DNA of 64,000 nucleotides from an uncultured Armatimonadetes bacterium (GTDB lineage Bacteria > Armatimonadota > UBA5829 > DTJY01). Below, one piece after another: positions 61,849-64,000 of this stretch. The position numbers were made by a program, and so were the translations under genes. The notes below the pieces were generated by a model, which ran no database searches, had not been told where the DNA came from, and saw only the letters and a list, made by a program, of their open reading frames with translations. The stretch covers positions 4,064,001 to 4,128,000 of the forward strand of contig OY970325.1 of assembly GCA_963717145.1 (NCBI GenBank), given 5' to 3'. Numbering within the stretch: the stretch's first letter is position 1; every line of letters begins with the position of its first letter.

Positions 61849-61858
61849 TGGGGATATC

Positions 61859-61874
61859 TGCAAGAATCGTGCCA
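61859..61874 (-). promoter_or_regulatory. sigma54 promoter
   Basis: TGGCACG-ATTC-TTGCA. Confidence 0.8.
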
Positions 61875-61975
61875 ATCCCGGCAATAATGCCTGCCATGTA
61901 GCATATTTCACGAACTTATCACATTCAGCACATGCGGCGTTCACGAACAAACGCCTATCAGGCGGTTTGGAGGGC

Positions 61976-62044
61976 AAAAAAAGAGAAGCCTGCGAGATTT
62001 TCCCGCAGGCTCGTAAGGAAGGAGAAATAGATGTTGTTTCCAGG
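61976..62044 (-). ncRNA. Candidate sigma54-dependent sRNA, copy B
   Basis: Promoter 62055-62070; same core; hairpin plus U7. Confidence 0.65.
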
Positions 62045-62054
62045 TAGTATTACC

Positions 62055-62070
62055 TGCAAGAATCGTGCCA
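62055..62070 (-). promoter_or_regulatory. sigma54 promoter
   Basis: TGGCACG-ATTC-TTGCA. Confidence 0.8.
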
Positions 62071-62163
62071 ATTCGTGCAACAAGTCGGGGAAAGGTCAAA
62101 AAGAGTTGGAGGCAGGGGGCAATCATTGAGGCACACGTGATCGATGATGCGTTGGCAGTGCAC

Positions 62164-63036
62164 TCAAGAATCCGAGGTTCCGGCAACTGCAGAGCTCGTC
62201 ATAGTACCGGTTGATATGACGTATGGCTGGTATACATGCGTCGTCCCATCTAGAGCCAGAAAGCATCCTCTGCTGCAGACAAGAAGCGCTCGAGTGTGGA
62301 AGTATATACATCCACTTTCTGCGAAATTCTCGGCGGTCAGATATCGATTGTGCATCACTCTGTTTCGGAGAGTCCGAAGTTCGTTCAGTTTGTAATAAGC
62401 GCCCTTTCGAATAAAGACATTCCGGAACACATCTGCCCAGCAAGTCGCCTCATCTATGATCTTGGGCAAGTCTGAGAAGTCAGCGTAGAATATGTCGTGC
62501 ATCCTCTCAAAATCATGTTCAAGATCGTTCTCCTCATCAGACTTCCGATTGCCACACCTGCGCTGGATGGCAAGTAGATCTGGCTCAGCGCTGACCGTCC
62601 ACCAGTCCATGCCGTAGCATCTTGCCATAGATGCGGCGATGCGACGCCGAAGTTTGTTCTCCAGATCATGCAGGTCTGCATATGTCTTGATGGTCCGTTG
62701 GCGGCCTATCCCATCGTAGCTCAACATCCACCATGTGAAATAGGCAGACGCGGCGTATTCAATGCGAGTCTTGGCCTCTTGCATCTCCGTCTCTCCAGCT
62801 TCCTCGCCACCCTCCAGCATGATCTGGAACACGTTTGGCGATCCTCCGCTCCATCTAATCCTAACGAACACACCTTGTGCCAACCCGGATACCTCGCTCT
62901 GAGCTTGGAGGCCTGGCTGTAACTCGAAGTCTGTCAGTTCCATTAGCTCCACCATATCGGTACTGGCCTGAGCATCTGGTGAGTTATTGAGAGCGAGGTA
63001 CTCCACTTGGTTACTTGCGAGAGCAGGTGTGGTCAT
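62164..63036 (-). CDS. Swt1-like HEPN domain protein
   Basis: LENKLR, YADFSDLPKII, LRNRVMH (RxxxxH). Confidence 0.72.
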   Translation of the reverse strand: MTTPALASNQVEYLALNNSPDAQASTDMVELMELTDFELQPGLQAQSEVSGLAQGVFVRIRWSGGSPNVFQIMLEGGEEAGETEMQEAKTRIEYAASAYFTWWMLSYDGIGRQRTIKTYADLHDLENKLRRRIAASMARCYGMDWWTVSAEPDLLAIQRRCGNRKSDEENDLEHDFERMHDIFYADFSDLPKIIDEATCWADVFRNVFIRKGAYYKLNELRTLRNRVMHNRYLTAENFAESGCIYFHTRALLVCSRGCFLALDGTTHVYQPYVISTGTMTSSAVAGTSDS

Positions 63037-64000
63037 CTATCCGTCCTCCAGCACGACATCCTCAACGAGCGCCTGTATCTGACAACAAGTGTCCTGCGCT
63101 TGCTGCTCCAGTTCCCGCACGTGGTTCCGCAGATCCGCTATGCGCTGCACTAATCCCGATTGAGTTCCTAGAGGTGGAATGGGGACGCGTATCGACCGCA
63201 GACTGCTGTAGTCCAGTGCTGGCCTCGTAGAGCCCGTTGCAATCCGTTCCATCTGGGTACGGCAGAGGGCGCTGTTGAGTGCGGCTTCCAAGTATCCTGG
63301 CAGTGCCTGGTCAGGCCTGACTCTGAGTCGAACAATGTGCTGGTTGATATTTGCTTCCCGGAGTTCGGGAGGTACCACGGCCGCGGTGCCTATCCGGCCC
63401 GTAATCGTAAGAAGGACGTCGCCAGGGGTTAGCATCGATCGCGCCAAAGTGCCCGTATGAGTTCGCCTATCAATATATAACACATCAGCTAGATCGATCA
63501 TGCCTTCCTGTATGTTCTGAATGCGTAGGAGAGGCACACCTGCCTCAGCGTTCACATACGCCTCTCCCTTTGCTGCGGGAGTTGCACCCCCTGATATGCT
63601 CTCTACAATCTCGCCAAGCGTACGCACCGGGTACTTGCTTTGGCCCAGTCTAACGTCTATGGAGATGCTGAAAGATGGCTTATGGAAAAATGGATCCATC
63701 CGCAGCGTAAGTCTGCCTTCGTCTGCCATATAGCAAATAGGTTCAGCTTCATTAGATGCGGGTAGCCCTTGCGCGGAAGCAGAGAATAGAGTGGCCACCA
63801 CAGGAAGGGAATCCTCGTCCACTCTTCCGGTCGCGTCGTAGCCCACATGGGAAGGCAAGGCCATGAATGTCATCCCCATGCTATCATCATGCGGCTGTCT
63901 ACGTTGTAGTACCACCAAGCTGGCCTTTACACCTATGCCTGCTGGGGCAAAAGTGTGGGAAGGTAGTGAGATGACTGCCAGGACATGGCACCTGTCTTGT
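63037..64000 (-). CDS. C-terminus of an N6-methyltransferase fused to a specificity (HsdS/TRD) domain; 5' part outside the window
   Basis: Frame open to the window edge: LAVISLPSHTFAPAGIGVKASLVVL (HsdM-like), then SGGATP, PLLRIQNI, GDVLLTITGRIG, INQH, IPPLGTQ. Confidence 0.8.
   Translation of the reverse strand, partial: QDRCHVLAVISLPSHTFAPAGIGVKASLVVLQRRQPHDDSMGMTFMALPSHVGYDATGRVDEDSLPVVATLFSASAQGLPASNEAEPICYMADEGRLTLRMDPFFHKPSFSISIDVRLGQSKYPVRTLGEIVESISGGATPAAKGEAYVNAEAGVPLLRIQNIQEGMIDLADVLYIDRRTHTGTLARSMLTPGDVLLTITGRIGTAAVVPPELREANINQHIVRLRVRPDQALPGYLEAALNSALCRTQMERIATGSTRPALDYSSLRSIRVPIPPLGTQSGLVQRIADLRNHVRELEQQAQDTCCQIQALVEDVVLEDG

Noticed and set aside
61835-62047. Plus-strand mini-ORFs with good RBS and a shared CKNRAN peptide
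   Set aside because: CKNRAN is the reverse complement of the sigma54 box; U-tracts and G-U pairs favour minus-strand RNAs; kept only as the alternative hypothesis

Overview
High-GC bacterial chromosomal segment. Armatimonadota-like is my inference from a recurrent C-terminal tandem OB-like module, a PEP-CTERM protein and a translin-family gene. Core content: carbohydrate enzymes (nanE operon, GH78, a frameshifted GH36-like gene, heparinase II/III, ROK and PfkB kinases, beta-propeller GH-like proteins, sialate O-acetylesterase), clpB, M16 and M48 peptidases, and a heme/cytochrome c cluster (7-heme cytochrome, two CcsA, SirC/CysG-N, hemA, hemB). Accessory content: ISKra4 and IS481 elements with clear ends and target duplications, two ISKra4-type MITEs, a decayed toxin-antitoxin patch, and the end of a lower-GC restriction-modification + HEPN island. 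No rRNA, tRNA or CRISPR array was seen. The best candidate for an undescribed system is at 60.4-62.1 kb. Two tandem ~70-nt sigma54-promoted small RNAs share a 22-nt anti-SD/anti-AUG core, and that core is complementary to the RBS+AUG of a nearby ~365-nt structured sigma70 transcript. A second theme is a dense set of palindromic and 7/8/9-mer repeat elements at gene junctions that also enter coding sequence in frame (hemA, clpB, M16 peptidase, a probable signal peptide). Several frameshifts are probably sequencing errors. All calls are by eye and motif recognition; no searches were run.
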